A stretch of 64,000 nt of DNA from Macrostomum lignano (taxonomy: Eukaryota): positions 62,001 to 126,000 of the forward strand of contig NIVC01002250.1 in assembly GCA_002269645.1 (NCBI GenBank). The letters run 5' to 3'. Position 1 is the stretch's first letter. Each line of letters starts with the position of its first letter. A program made the position numbers and the translations under genes. Below the pieces are notes generated by a model. It had not been told where the DNA came from and made no database searches. It saw only the letters and a program-made list of their open reading frames with translations. This document shows, one piece after another, positions 52,083 through 64,000 of the stretch.

Positions 52083-55000
52083 ATGCCTGGCGCCGGGGCG
52101 GGCAATGGCCACCTCGAAGGCTCAAGGAAAAGCAGCTCAGACCAGGACTTGTACGCATTTCTGGCTGACTGCGAGCTGGAGCACTACTACACAGCCATGG
52201 TGCACTCGCTGAAAGTTACCGGAGTAGCCCAGCTGAAGTACGTTGAAGACCCCGATCTGGCCAGCATCGGCCTGACCAATCCGGAGATGCGCCGGCTTCG
52301 GAAGCAGTTCCGGCTCCGGTGTCCACAATCTGCCGTGGACCGGCTTCGCCTGCGGCTGGCCAGGGCGCGCGGCCTCCAGCCCAGACAACGACCGTCGGCG
52401 ACGCCCGAAGCCGAGTTCAGTCGAGTTAGTAGCCGAAACTCGCGTCTCATTCCGAGATATCAACTTCAGCTGGGCAGGCAGATTGGGGAGGGTGACTTCG
52501 CCAGAGTACACCAGGCCGTTTGGCGGCCCACTGGCGATCGCGGCCTCTGGCTCCAGGTAAGCCATGTAAAACGGGCTGCAAGTGGTTTTTAGGCATCGAA
52601 GAGTAATCTGAACAATTACAGACAACCAATTTAGTTTCGTAGTTTCATGTGATTCGCTTAGTTAATAGGGCGCGGCTTTGTTGTTATAGCATCGTGGTCT
52701 GTTGATGTATGCCCGTGCAGCCAGTGGACCTCCCAGAAGCCGTTGCACAGCTTCGGTCACTTCCTGGCGTCTTTTGCTGGCGATCGAAAGTAGCGGCGTG
52801 CGTTGTCTAATCATCAGCTTCTAGCCGAGCTCTGACGACTGCTGAATTTTAATTTTAGCCTCCCTTGCTGCGTCTTCCATCCGCTGTCGAGCCCGGCTGG
52901 GAGTGTTTCGCTCGCGCCACTGACTCCGATGTCCTCGTGCTGGCGTCTCCTTGACCGAGTCGCCTGCGCCAGCCGTGTCATGCCTAACCACCAGAATTTC
53001 CTCTGCAGCCGGTCGATGGACTTACTTCGGCCGAATTGACCCTGGCGAACTCAACTGATGATCTGCTGCCGAAGTGGTGCAGATACAACGATATTTCTGC
53101 AACAACGATCTTGCTGCCCCTGAGCAGCACGCCTTCAAGCATCCAGAGCTCTCCCTTGAGCGAGTCGAAGCTGCCGGGCTGGGCTGTAGCGCAGGAGCGT
53201 CAGTTGCTAGTCGCCAGTTTTGAGACTTGACTTTTGGTGTGGACTTGACAGTTTTGAGCTGCTCTAGCAATACTCTGTCCTGGGCTGGTTGCTCGTATTT
53301 TAGAGCATCGGTCGCCTCTCTGACCAGTGCCTGGGCCTGCGTCCCCAGACTTAGCAGCTGCAGCGTTGTTGACTGTTAAAGTCGCACAGCCGAGCACGCT
53401 AGTGCTCCTCCCTGGGACGATGTAAAGATGGCGCGCTGGACCATTGAGCCGACCGAACGAAACCTGCAGACTCCCAGAGTCTCAGAGGTTTTGCTGAACG
53501 AAATCAGAAGATCCTATTTGTTGTCGACTGCAGACCTGGGGGTCCCGGGAATTTTCACCAGGCTGCCTCGGTGAAGATGTTACAGTCGGCGCTAGAGTCG
53601 CTTCAACCAGCACTGTGGCAAGAGGACGCTGCCGCGGCTTCGTCGGAGACCATCACTGTCAGACAGAAGGCGTCGTCCTCTGCAGCTGAACTGTCGCTTC
53701 TGGCCCATAGAGCTCGCACATCCTCCGACTAGAAAAGGAAGGCATTGGCGGGCGATTTGGCTTGGCTTGCCGCATCGGTTTCAGAACTTGCCGAATTCGT
53801 CACAGCGAATGCACTTTGGCTGCGTGCGATCGGCTGTCTGTGTGGCTGATCTGTGCGGCTGCTCTGGCGGGCTGGACTCGCGCTTCCGCGCCTCCGCTGC
53901 CTCCGTGGTCTTGCCTGGCCCAGGTCTCAGCAGCCTCCTGCGGATCTGTTGGGAGCTACAGCCGGTAATCAACTAATCAGCGATTAGTGACTTCCGAAGG
54001 CTTTCGAATTTATAGTAGACCGCGGTATCGTTGAGTCGCCTCAGCCAGTCGTCCAGGGATTCTCTGGTCTGAATGCTGGATCTACAGCCGAAACTGATAG
54101 CGAGTGAAGGGCAGTTTGAGCTGGCTGATGGAGTGCTCATTGAGAGCATTTACAAGCTTGTCGGCGTCATCACCGGCGTCCAGTTTCAATGGCCTGTAGG
54201 TCCTCGCCCGATGTTTAGAACAGGAGTTGGCGCCGTCGCTTCTGGTCAGAGATGTCAGCGGCTGCGGTGAACAGCTGGAACTGAGCCAGCCAATTGCTTC
54301 ACTTTGTATGCGCCGCTTGGGGCTCTTCGCACGAGTCCAATGGGGGCGGGTAGAAGTTGGCCTCTCATGGCCGTATATTCGAATACGTACGCAGGTACAC
54401 ACTCACACAGGGTAACGGCGGCTTCGACCTTCTTGTTGTTTGACGTGTGTAGTTTGCAGATTGGTACTCACGAGAGTAGCATGAGTTGCACAAAAAAACC
54501 ACAGCGCGAAGATCGAGCCTAGGAACTTTGGCGCAAGGAGCCAGACGTGTCACTCCGGTGTCTCTATGCTTCTACTTTAAGTAATATATAGCAAAATTTC
54601 ACCACAGGTGGCAGCAAAGGTCTTTGTCAAGGCCCGACTCGTTGAGATTAATGGTGACACTTTCGATGCTGTGACTAACTTTCTAAGCGAGGCTGCCAAG
54701 CTCTGCGACATCGAGCATCGAAGCTTGACGCGTATGTTTGGCGTGTGCGAGCTCAGCGATGATAGTCTGGCGCTGGTCACGGAACTTGCGCCCCTGAGGT
54801 ATCAATCTATTGCTTAACTTATAAATTAAATCGTCAAACGATTGATAATAATTGCCATTCAATAAAAAGGTCTCTACTCGAGTGCATCCGTGAGCCGGCC
54901 CTGCGACCCAGTTTTCATCCCGGCGTACTGTGCGACGCTGCCCAGCATATTGCGGAGGGCATGTCCTATTTGGAGAACCGGCAGATTGTCCATCGGGACC

Positions 55001-57288
55001 TGACGGCGCGCAATATCCTGGTTTTCAGCTCGTGCCGCGTGAAGATTTGCGACACCGGGGTCAGCAGAGCGATGGGACTTGGACAAGAGTACTACCAGGT
55101 GGGTTGTTTCAACTGTCTGACTAATTTGAGACTTTTTAGCCCTGGGGTTCTTTATGTTCTGTGAGACTGTTTTGTATCCTGTCAATTTGGTTTTTGATCT
55201 GTCGGACTTGTTTTTAATCTGCCAGACTGGTTTACTAAAACGATTCTCACTTGCAATTCCGATGCTGAACCGCAGGCGAATCTCAGCCCCAGCCTAAAAC
55301 TTCCCGCGGCCTGGTGCGCCCCTGAATGCGTGAAGCGCCAGGTCTTCACTTCGGCCTCCGACGTCTGGTCCTACGGCGTCCTCTTGTGGGAGATTTTCAC
55401 CTACGGCTTCCAGCCGTGGGCCGGCCTCACCAAGCAGCAGATCCTAGCTGCGGTGGACGAGCCTCAACTCGGTCGACTGAACTGCCCGGATGCGTGTCCG
55501 GCCGAGCACTATGCCCTTATGCTGCGCTGCTGGTCTCCCGAGCCGTCAGCTCGGCCAAAGTTTGCCGAATTGGCTGCCCACCTACCGAAGATTATTCCAG
55601 AGCGAATGACGGCCCTGCGCGACTGCGTTGACGAGGACGAGGGTGAAGGCGACGACAACGGCGAGTCAGATGAAAGATTTTTGCACTTCTCTGCTGGCGA
55701 CTGTGTTCTAGTGCTGGACAAGAAGGTCGGCGAAGGACTCTGGCGTGGCATTAGGCTAGCCGGCGGCGGGTCCGGACTCTTCCGGCCCTGGCTAATGAAG
55801 ACGCAGGACCTGACGCAGTCTGCGGCAACGACCGACAGCGAAGGTAAGTTTGATCGTAGACACCAAAATCCTGTTATAATGGCTATTTTTACGAAAGGTA
55901 AATACATGGAACAGATATAAAGATACCTGGGTAGCTGCAAGGTGGCTAGATGGGGCAGACAAAGGTGCATTCAAAAGTTATTGTGAATCTTGTAAAATAT
56001 GTTTTCTTGAATAGTGCTGACTATTTGCGATAAACTGGCGGAGACAGAGCACAAAGCATCAAAGCAAGGACGTTTCGGATTGGGGCATAAAATTAAATCT
56101 AATTTGGTTTGCCTTAAGTGGGATGGCTTCGTTAGGCTTTACTTTATTACTTTACTTTAGGATTAACAAAATTGCTATCATTTAGCTCGGGCAAAATCGA
56201 CTTTGAAAAATCGGAATCGTCGGCACAGCCACTCCGCTGCGACGTTGATATCCGATCCGCAATCGTTCCGACACGTTGGACACGTCGGCATCAACGGGGC
56301 CGTGTTCGGCGACGTCGGATTGCTGGCTGAGTTCAACGAAGCAATGACGGCGGCGAACGCTTCTAGGGAAAGACGAAACGACGGAGCTACGTCGCCTGTA
56401 GACAACGGCGACGAGCTGCACTTGGGTAGGTGCTGAAGGGAATGCAACCATTTTTGATCTGTCGGTTGGTAGATTCCACTGCCTTCCCTAAACTCGTAAG
56501 TTGGTAAGAGTAACCCTCATCTAGGCAAATTTTGGGGAATTTATTTGTTAGCCTTCATTATGATATGTCTTTTTATTATTTTACTCGTATGATCAAAAGG
56601 ACAGATTCATCGTCTTGTCGCTTCCAGTCGTCCATACTAAACCAGCAAGGCCGTTTATAATTTTTATAAGTTTATTCTACTACCCTATATAGCATGTATA
56701 CGCTCGTAGTATTGAATAATCGTATTTATATTTGAGCTACACTACGAGTATATGCACTATAATATATTATCTATATAAAAAGTTCAGGTTTTTATTGTAT
56801 AGAAGTACACGAAATCTGTATACATAAGATGTTATCGCTTGATAAATATCGGAAAACTTGCATATTATACACCGATGTTTGTTGGAAACTTTTGGTGTAG
56901 CCATCCATGTTTTGGTTCAGTGTGGTTGCCTGCATTTAACAGTGTAGCAAGCGGCAATTTCCCCAACTCTCCCACTGATACAGACCTGGGAAACTCACTA
57001 CTGGACGAAATGTTAAACTACTGGCACACCGACTGCACCAAAGGCGAAGGCGACAGCTCGACGATCGACCCACTCGACGAGTGCCCAGGCGAAACGGATG
57101 CCGAAGCAGCAGCCGTCGACGTTCCTGAAGCGAGGCGACCTCGCGTCGACTCCAACGTGTCCAGCCTGGTCAGCTCTCTGGCCGACGAGGTTCCAGTCGC
57201 CGCAGGACCCGCTGGAAGCGCCAATGATCGTAGGAGGTGCTCGTCTTTACTAGCGATACCATCGACCACGGGTCGACTTCACTTTCCT

Positions 57289-57324
<36 letters not shown>

Positions 57325-58573
57325 AAGCAACAACAGCAACAGTCTCCAGTGCAGAAGCAAACAAGCAATACCGAAAATCAAGGCCAACAGCTGCAACAAC
57401 AGCAGAAGAAGTACCTTCAACAGCAGCCATCAACTCTGAGGTCGCTGCGGCCGAAGGAGGCATTCCGAGCTCCACTGGGCGCTCGTCCGCCGCCAAAGCC
57501 AGTACGGCCGCTTGAGCCGAATGGCAGCCCGTGGGGCTCCGCGTTCAACGTCAGCCTTGATGCGCCCGGAGTCGCTGCCGCCAGGTGAGATATGGATGGG
57601 ACGGGGGTGTCCATCGGGGACTGGCTCTTTGTTGGTTTCATTTGAATTCAAAACATATCAAAATTTGACATGCCACTCTTTTTGTCTCCATGGTCACACT
57701 TATGCTGCTCGAAAAAAACACAATTGATTCCCAGACAACCAAGGAGTTTGAAATCAAATTAAAAGGTTGAGTTTATGTAACAGAGATATTTTTCATTCCT
57801 GTAACCCTCCACCCAAAGTGACGGCAGCGCACTAAGTAGTACGCACTGGATGGCCCAAACCAAACTATGATACGTGAGACTCGCATTCTAAAATTGCGCT
57901 TGTCTTGCTCAGCTTTGGAGTTTGTTACGCTCGTAGAGGTCACTACGGTGCCACTTAAAACGCATGCAGTCTTCTCTTTTGCTTGCTATCATTGTCCACA
58001 CTCGCCCTTCGTGCTGCGAGCCTGCCTGCTCCCGGAGGTGAGCTCGAAATCTTCTTTGCTTGCTAAGCTCGCAGGTCAACCAGTTCGGTCGGTCTAATTC
58101 AAGTGTTCAGCTGAGTGGAGCTGCTCCAGTTCTCTATCTTCGGTCAGCTGGTCCATGGCGCTGAACTAAGCTTAAAAATTTTTTTTGCACTTCTTATTAG
58201 ATGCCATCGCTTCGAGACTTTAGCATTGCTTGTTTGAAAATATTTATACATTGAATTGAAAAGCTCTTGAATCGAACAGCTAGTTGGTAGCTACTACTTA
58301 AGTAGTCATTCATGCTGGCTACATATTTTTTGCCTCCCATTTTAAACCTGCGGCTTCCTCTGTTCGTTCCAGCTCCACGCCGACCCAAGCGTGCACCGAC
58401 GATGCATGGATGGAGAAGCCGCAGAATTGGAACGACTACGATACGGAGGTGAGACTCGCATTGCATGTAGCTACTTAGAGTAGCATCAGCTGCATTCTCT
58501 AAACTGCTCGTTCTCGTACTCAACTGTTCTTACCTTTCAGGGTGGAGAATACGACGAGATTGTGAACTTGTGA
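52083..58573 (+). CDS. ACK: Ack-like/PR2 (ARK-1-type) non-receptor tyrosine kinase: SAM-kinase-SH3-CRIB; 8 exons, 815 aa
   Basis: Exons 52083-52556, 54608-54798, 54870-55098, 55276-55843, 56186-56425, 56948-57584, 58373-58448 and 58541-58573 total 2448 nt with consistent phases. SAM LYAFLADCELEHY; kinase GEGDFA, VAAK, HRDLTARN, KLPAAWCAPE, SDVWSYG, YGFQPW; SH3 LWRG...GLF; CRIB ISDPQSFRHVGHVG; poly-Gln. The last two exons are less certain. Confidence 0.9.
52700..54420 (-). mobile_element. Degenerate, internally deleted Gypsy/Ty3 LTR retrotransposon remnant, antisense in kinase intron 1
   Basis: Minus strand: gag-like LVNALNEH...TRYQF, knuckle remnant CIRCDEFGKF*NRC (~53790), protease-like DSSADCNIF (~53575), integrase zinc-binding region ELWMLEGVLLRGSKIVV and QGQFGRSKSIDRLQRKFWWLGM (~53160-52980). 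No RT seen. Confidence 0.75.
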
Positions 58574-60390
58574 ACTTTTAATAGTTTCTTTCTAAACATA
58601 CTGTTTTTTGCATCTCGATTGTTGTGTTGTGGCACATCGCTTATATTCGAGGACTCGGTCGATTTTTGATTAATTAAAGCGTCTCTCTTCCTGATTCATT
58701 GCACTTTTACAATGCACTTTGTGCTAACATATTAATTTTGATAAACTGATCGTCAAAAACACCAAGTAACTCTAACTAACACTGCTAAAGCCGGGTTATC
58801 AAAACGAGCAATAAATCTTTTGTAACGCTTTTCTTATCGAATAAGTCAATTTTGATAACTGAATTCGATTATTCTTTGTGAAAAAACCCGTGCAGCAATC
58901 CGACGTTGGCAAATGGGTACTTTTACATTGCATCGACGTTTGACTGACGTGTAGCATCACGCCGGTGGACGTCGGAGTATTGCACGGTGGAAGGACAACA
59001 GAACGCAGCGCTCTTGACAGACTAAAAAGACTGCTGCGTTTTAAACAAAACTATCTCTCTAAGAAGTTCCTTCACGTGGATAATCCATATTCCTTCTTCC
59101 ACTGCTTTTATCAATCAGCAAAGCCCGTGAGGCTTCCCTCCGGGCTGGAGGCAGCGCAGGATTTGTTTATTCAAGGTTGGTCGGCGGTGCGGCTTCGTTG
59201 CTCTGGCCAGCGCTGGGCCTGGAGCCGCCACTTCACTCGTCAATGAGGAGAGAATCTGAAAAAAGCTGCTTACTCCTAGGCGAGGGAGCGACTGGATAAA
59301 GTGGGGGTTGATAGATCATTTCTATTCGGTCGATGGGACCAGAGCGGGAGACAGCGGCGGAAATAGGCTTAGATTTGCTGGGGGGAATTGTAAAGATGAG
59401 GATGTGGGAAGTTTCCCGGAACAATAATAAGCTTCGGGCGCTGATTTCGGCTGGCTGAGAGTGGTTATGAGGAAAATGCGGTCCACGGGGAGGTTATTCC
59501 CCGTCAATCCACTGGGGAACTGATGGAATTCTGAACTGAACACAGAGGCATTTTGGTCTAAATATTTGACGCACATCCTGCCTAAACTGCTGCAGTTGCA
59601 CTTTAACTGGGATTGTAAATCAAGGAATTAACTATCCACTTGAGTAATCATATTTTCTTGCAAAAAGCGATTACAAAACATACATGTAGGACAAGATCAT
59701 TTGAAACTCGGTTTCACAAGTTTGTCAACTTAGATTTGAAACAGAAATTCTTCAAGATTCAATAGGAAGTTATAAGTTCTGTTCGTCCCTGTATTTTAGT
59801 AATTAGTTGAAGACGTTTTTAACTTTGCTGCATGGATTAAACATGCCTCTATCGCTCTCCGCTTCATTTAGTTTGCTACGCTTCAGACCAACCAATCAGA
59901 ATTCGCCAACATTGTGATCCGAGCATTGCAAAACTCCTCCATCCTTGATAGGAGCTTAGTGATAGATAGACTAGTATTGGGTGGTTCGAGTCTCAGTGAC
60001 TCTCGATACGTATCGTCTAGAATCCCTCCGGATCCTGATCTAAGCCTGGATTAACTGCATATCAGTTTACGAACTATTGGAGACCGAATAGCCGAATTCT
60101 GTTCAAGCAAATCTCCAACTGATCTTCCATCATCACACTTTTGGTAAGTTCGAGGTAGGCAGCATTGACCTAGAATTGCAGTACGAGTGTGATAGGAAAA
60201 ATGCGGTGCTTTTTTGTAGAAGTTTTGTTCCCATTATTGATTAATGAGCTACCATCTGATACGAGCTAATTTGTGGCGTCGACATGAATCGCACGTCTCA
60301 GAACGGTTGCATCATTCTCCAATACCATTGAGAACCTCTCAGAACAGTTGCATCATCCTTCAGTACCATTGAGAACGGCCGTTGCTATGG

Positions 60391-61285
60391 GACATCTGGT
60401 GTCTGTGAGTACCGTGTGACATGTTGGACATCTGGTGTCTGTGAGTACCGTGTGACATGCTGGACACCTGGTGTCTGTGAGTACCGTGTGACATGTTGGA
60501 CACCTGGTGTCTGTGAGTACCGTGTGACATGTTGGACAACTGGTGTCTGTGAGTACCGTGTGACATGTTGGACACCTGGTGTCTGTGAGTACCGTGTGAT
60601 ATATTGGGACACCTGGTGTCTGTGAGTACCGTGTGACATGCTGGACACCTGGTGTCTGTGAGTACCGTGTGACATGCTGGACACCTGGTGTCTGTGAGTA
60701 CCGTGTGACATGTTGGACACCTGGTGTCTGTGAGTACCGTGTGACATGTTGGACACTGCAGTGTCTGTGAGTACCGTGTGACATGTTGGACACTGCAGTG
60801 TCTGTGAGTACCGTGTGACATGCTGGACACCTGGTGTCTGTGAGTACTGTGTGACATGTTGGACACCTGGTGTCTGTGAGTACCGTGTGGACATGTTGGA
60901 CACCTGGTGTCTGTGAGTACCGTGTGATATGTTGGACATCTGGTGTCTGTGAGTACCGTGTGATATATTGGGACACCTGGTGTCTGTGAGTACCGTGTGA
61001 CATGTTGGACACTTGGTGTCTGTGAGTACCGTGTGACATGTTGGACACCTGGTGTCTGTGAGTACCGTGTGACATGTTGGACACCTGGTGTCTGTGAGTA
61101 CCGTGTGATATATTGGGACACCTGGTGTCTGTGAGTACCGTGTAACATGTTGGACATCTGGTGTCTGTGAGTACCGTGTGATATATTGGGACACCTGGTG
61201 TCTGTGAGTACCGTGTGATATATTGGGACACCTGGTGTCTGTGAGTACCGTGTAACATATTGGACACCTGGTGTCTGTAAATTAC
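60391..61285. repeat. 36-bp minisatellite, ~25 copies (GACACCTGGTGTCTGTGAGTACCGTGTGACATGTTG)
   Basis: Unit read directly; it explains ORFs at 60353-61309. Confidence 0.97.
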
Positions 61286-62388
61286 CTGAAGGGATATGCT
61301 ATAAAACATTAGGACACCTGGTTTTCTAAGTTACCTATGCAGAGTGGCCCCGTAAGAAGTTGTCTTTAACAGCTGAAGTCCTAAAACTTGCTTTAACGCC
61401 TCAAAGTGCATGTTTTTCTGGTCAAAAAGCTCAAAGATGTATAGAGTGTGATACCCAGCTAGCGGCGGCTCATCCATGGCCCAGCAGTATCGCTCGGCTC
61501 GCGCTAAAAAGAAACTTTTTTACCATCGAAAAAAGTTAATCATCTTCGTGCCGAGGGGATTGCGGGAAGGGGAAAGGCCTGAGAGAGGCTGCAGCGTGGG
61601 AGCGGAGCACGGCGCAACAGAATCTGGTCTCTTGCCACAGCCGACCAGTTGGTTCGGAAATGAAGGAGGAGCCGCCGAGCTCGAGCCGCGGCACAAATTC
61701 CCGGATCGCTTCATCATCCGCCAATTTGGCCGAGAGAGGAGAGACTGGGCGAGGCCAGGAACGGATCAAGGAGACCTCAAACGAGGAATCTGGAACTACC
61801 CAATCCAAACAGTCTGATCAGCCTACACACACGTATACAAAACGGACAAATCATCAATTTTGTTCTGGCGAACGATGTTTTAAAAAATGTTTTAATTTCA
61901 TCTTGCACTGAAAATCATGGGGATTCCGACAGACGGCTTGGCTGTAGAGTTTACAACTCCAGATTCCTCGTTCACGGTGTCCTTGGCGTAGGCTGGCCGC
62001 CAGCGGCAATCAAGGCAAATTTGGCGTCGCCAGAAGAGACGAGAAGACCGGCCGGCGGCGAGTCAGGGGATAACGAACTCAAATCCATGCGATGGGAAAA
62101 TAGCTGACGGGATCAACAGGCGCACGGACTGCGGCTTAGTACAATCTGTAGGGCCTGGATTTTGCGCACTCTGGACTGCTTAGACCTGCAATAACGGGGC
62201 ATTTCATCGGGGCAGTCAACTGACGGACTCTCCAATATTGAAGATCGGAGTCCCTGAAACCTCACTAGTTCGACACTTACATGCTCTAGTGAAGCACCCC
62301 TTTAATTAACAATTTTGTTTAAATCTTGCATAATTCCTCGATTTTTAAACGTCCGAGAAAGACCTGACGCCCTCCACCATTTCCACAG

Positions 62389-62709
62389 CTGCCGCTCAGC
62401 GGGGCGGGCCTGAACCCGGTGCGCTGCCTCGGTCCCGCCCTCCTGACCGGCAGCTGGCGGCACCACTGGCTGTACTGGGCCGGGCCGCTGCTCGGCGGCC
62501 TGGCTGGCGGCCTCACCTGCGAGTACGCGCAGGATTCGCGCAGCGAGCTGCACTACCTGCGGCGATCCCTGCTGCTGCGCGGCATTGGACGCGGCGGCGG
62601 CTTGCGGGCCGGTGGTAACGGCGGCGGGGGCGGCGGCGGAGGCAGCGGGGGAGTCACGGAGTTCACGTTCACACCGTCGACTACGTTTGAAAATATTCGC
62701 TCTGGCTGA
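62389..62709 (+). CDS. Aquaporin (MIP family) 3' exon; upstream exons not found
   Basis: Acceptor CCATTTCCACAG, then LPLSGAGLNPVRCLGPALLTGSWRHHWLYWAGPLLGGLAGG (second NPA box as NPV, loop E and TM6), Gly-rich tail and stop. Confidence 0.8.
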   Translation: MPLSGAGLNPVRCLGPALLTGSWRHHWLYWAGPLLGGLAGGLTCEYAQDSRSELHYLRRSLLLRGIGRGGGLRAGGNGGGGGGGGSGGVTEFTFTPSTTFENIRSG

Positions 62710-62737
62710 GGTCTAGCTGAGACGGAATTGTTGAACT

Positions 62738-63213
62738 GGGGTGTCAAACTTGAGGTATCAGATTTGGGGTGTCAAACTTGAGGTGTCAGATTTGGGGTGT
62801 CAAACTTGAGGTATCAGATTTGGGGTGTCAAACTTGAGGTATCAGATTTGGGGTGTCAAACTTGAGGTGTCAGATTTGGGGTGTCAAACTTGAGGTATCA
62901 GATTTGGGGTGTCAAACTTGAGGTGTCAGATTTGGGGTGTCAAACTTGAGGTATCAGATTTGGGGTATCAAACTTAAGGTGTCAGATTTGGGGTGTCAAA
63001 CTTTAGGTATCAGATTTGGGGTGTCAAACTTGAGGTGTCAGATTGGGGTGTCAAACTTGAGGTGTCAGATTGGGGTGTCAAACTTGAGGTATCAGATTTG
63101 GGTATCAAACTTAAGGTGTCAGATTTGGGGTGTCAAACTTGAGCTGGTGTCAGACTGGGTGTGTCAAACCTGAGGTGTCAGACTGGGTGTGTCAAACCTG
63201 AGGAGTCAGACTG
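62738..63213. repeat. 28-bp minisatellite, ~17 copies (GGGGTGTCAAACTTGAGGTATCAGATTT)
   Basis: Unit read directly; begins about 30 nt after the aquaporin stop. Confidence 0.96.
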
Positions 63214-63796
63214 GGATAGGTTTTCTAGTCAGGTGATATCAGACAGACTTGCAGGTCTTATGCTTAGCTGATCAAATATCAATGTTGTTTCACGTAAAAA
63301 ATGTTTGATTTTGACAAATAAATTTTTCTCGGACATTCGAGCACACTCAGTGAGTGGTTGCTCAGAAGCAGTGCGAGTTATATTCTACAGTATCTGCTAG
63401 TTTGCTTGGCAGTAGAGCATTATAAAAAACCATTATTTACCAATGCCCACCGCCATTTTATTGCTAATCCACCGAATAAATTTATTTATTAATGGCAGGA
63501 AAAACCAGCTAATGTTTCTAATTCGGCTTGAGCCAACTTTGCTGCTATGCAATATTTCATAAATATGGTTTTGCCTCCATTAGTCGGAAAAGTCGGAAAT
63601 GTCCCGTTAGACTTGCATGATTTATTGCAGTTTTAAGAGCATCTCTGACACTATGAACCCTTGGACTAAAATGGAACTTAAAACGAGAAGAAATGTAAAT
63701 ATTATAATTTCGCTGTGTCTCAATAAAAGTACACAATAGTACTATAACATCAATAAGGTTTATTCTAGCCCAGCTAGTTAGTTAGTGTGGGGCTAA

Positions 63797-63975
63797 TGAC
63801 AAGTTCAGTGTGACAAGTTCAGTGTGACAAGTTCAGTGTGACAAGTTCAGTGTGACAGGTTCAGTGTGACAGGTTCAGTGTGACAAGTTCAGTGTGACAA
63901 GTTCAGTGTGACAAGTTCAGTGTGACAAGTTCAGTGTGACAAGTTCAGTGTGACAGGCTCAGTGTGACAAGTTCA
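63797..63975. repeat. 14-bp minisatellite (GACAAGTTCAGTGT), ~12 copies
   Basis: Unit read directly. Confidence 0.95.
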
Positions 63976-64000
63976 GCCGGATATTCTCTCTGGAGAATCA

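Noticed and set aside
54500-54560. tRNA primer-binding site and LTRs for the Gypsy remnant
   Set aside because: Only a 7-nt TGGCTCC match, and no repeated LTR found on the other side.
60353-61309. Cys/His-rich repeat ORFs resembling zinc fingers (CPTCHTVL)
   Set aside because: A 36-bp minisatellite open in several frames, with no unique flanking coding sequence.

Overview
Eukaryotic (metazoan) genomic DNA with GT-AG spliceosomal introns, GC-rich exons and about 25 unrelated mini/microsatellite arrays. Gene content and repeat style suggest a free-living flatworm such as Macrostomum (inference, not verified). I spliced the gene models by hand and checked reading-frame phase. Minus strand, four co-oriented genes: glycogen phosphorylase (5 exons, 863 aa), a POGZ/ZNF280-family zinc-finger protein (4 exons, ~679 aa), a two-Tudor protein (2 exons, 542 aa), and a type II membrane protein with two fused GT32 DxD glycosyltransferase domains (3 exons, 759 aa). 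Plus strand: an intronless RING + TRAF/SINA-finger + twin Cys-repeat protein, a degenerate neprilysin (M13)-like fragment lacking HExxH, an Ack-like/PR2 tyrosine kinase (8 exons, 815 aa), and an orphan aquaporin 3' exon. Mobile elements: a DD37E Tc1/mariner fragment, a tRNA-derived SINE with a 14-bp TSD, an RTE-type LINE fragment, a hAT MITE with an 8-bp TSD, BEL/Pao and Gypsy remnants, and two fold-back elements. Best leads: the tandem GT32 fusion, splice acceptors just upstream of every ATG (possible SL trans-splicing or operon), the RING/Cys-repeat architecture, and tandem repeats that reshape splice sites. No CRISPR array, rRNA or bona fide tRNA was found.
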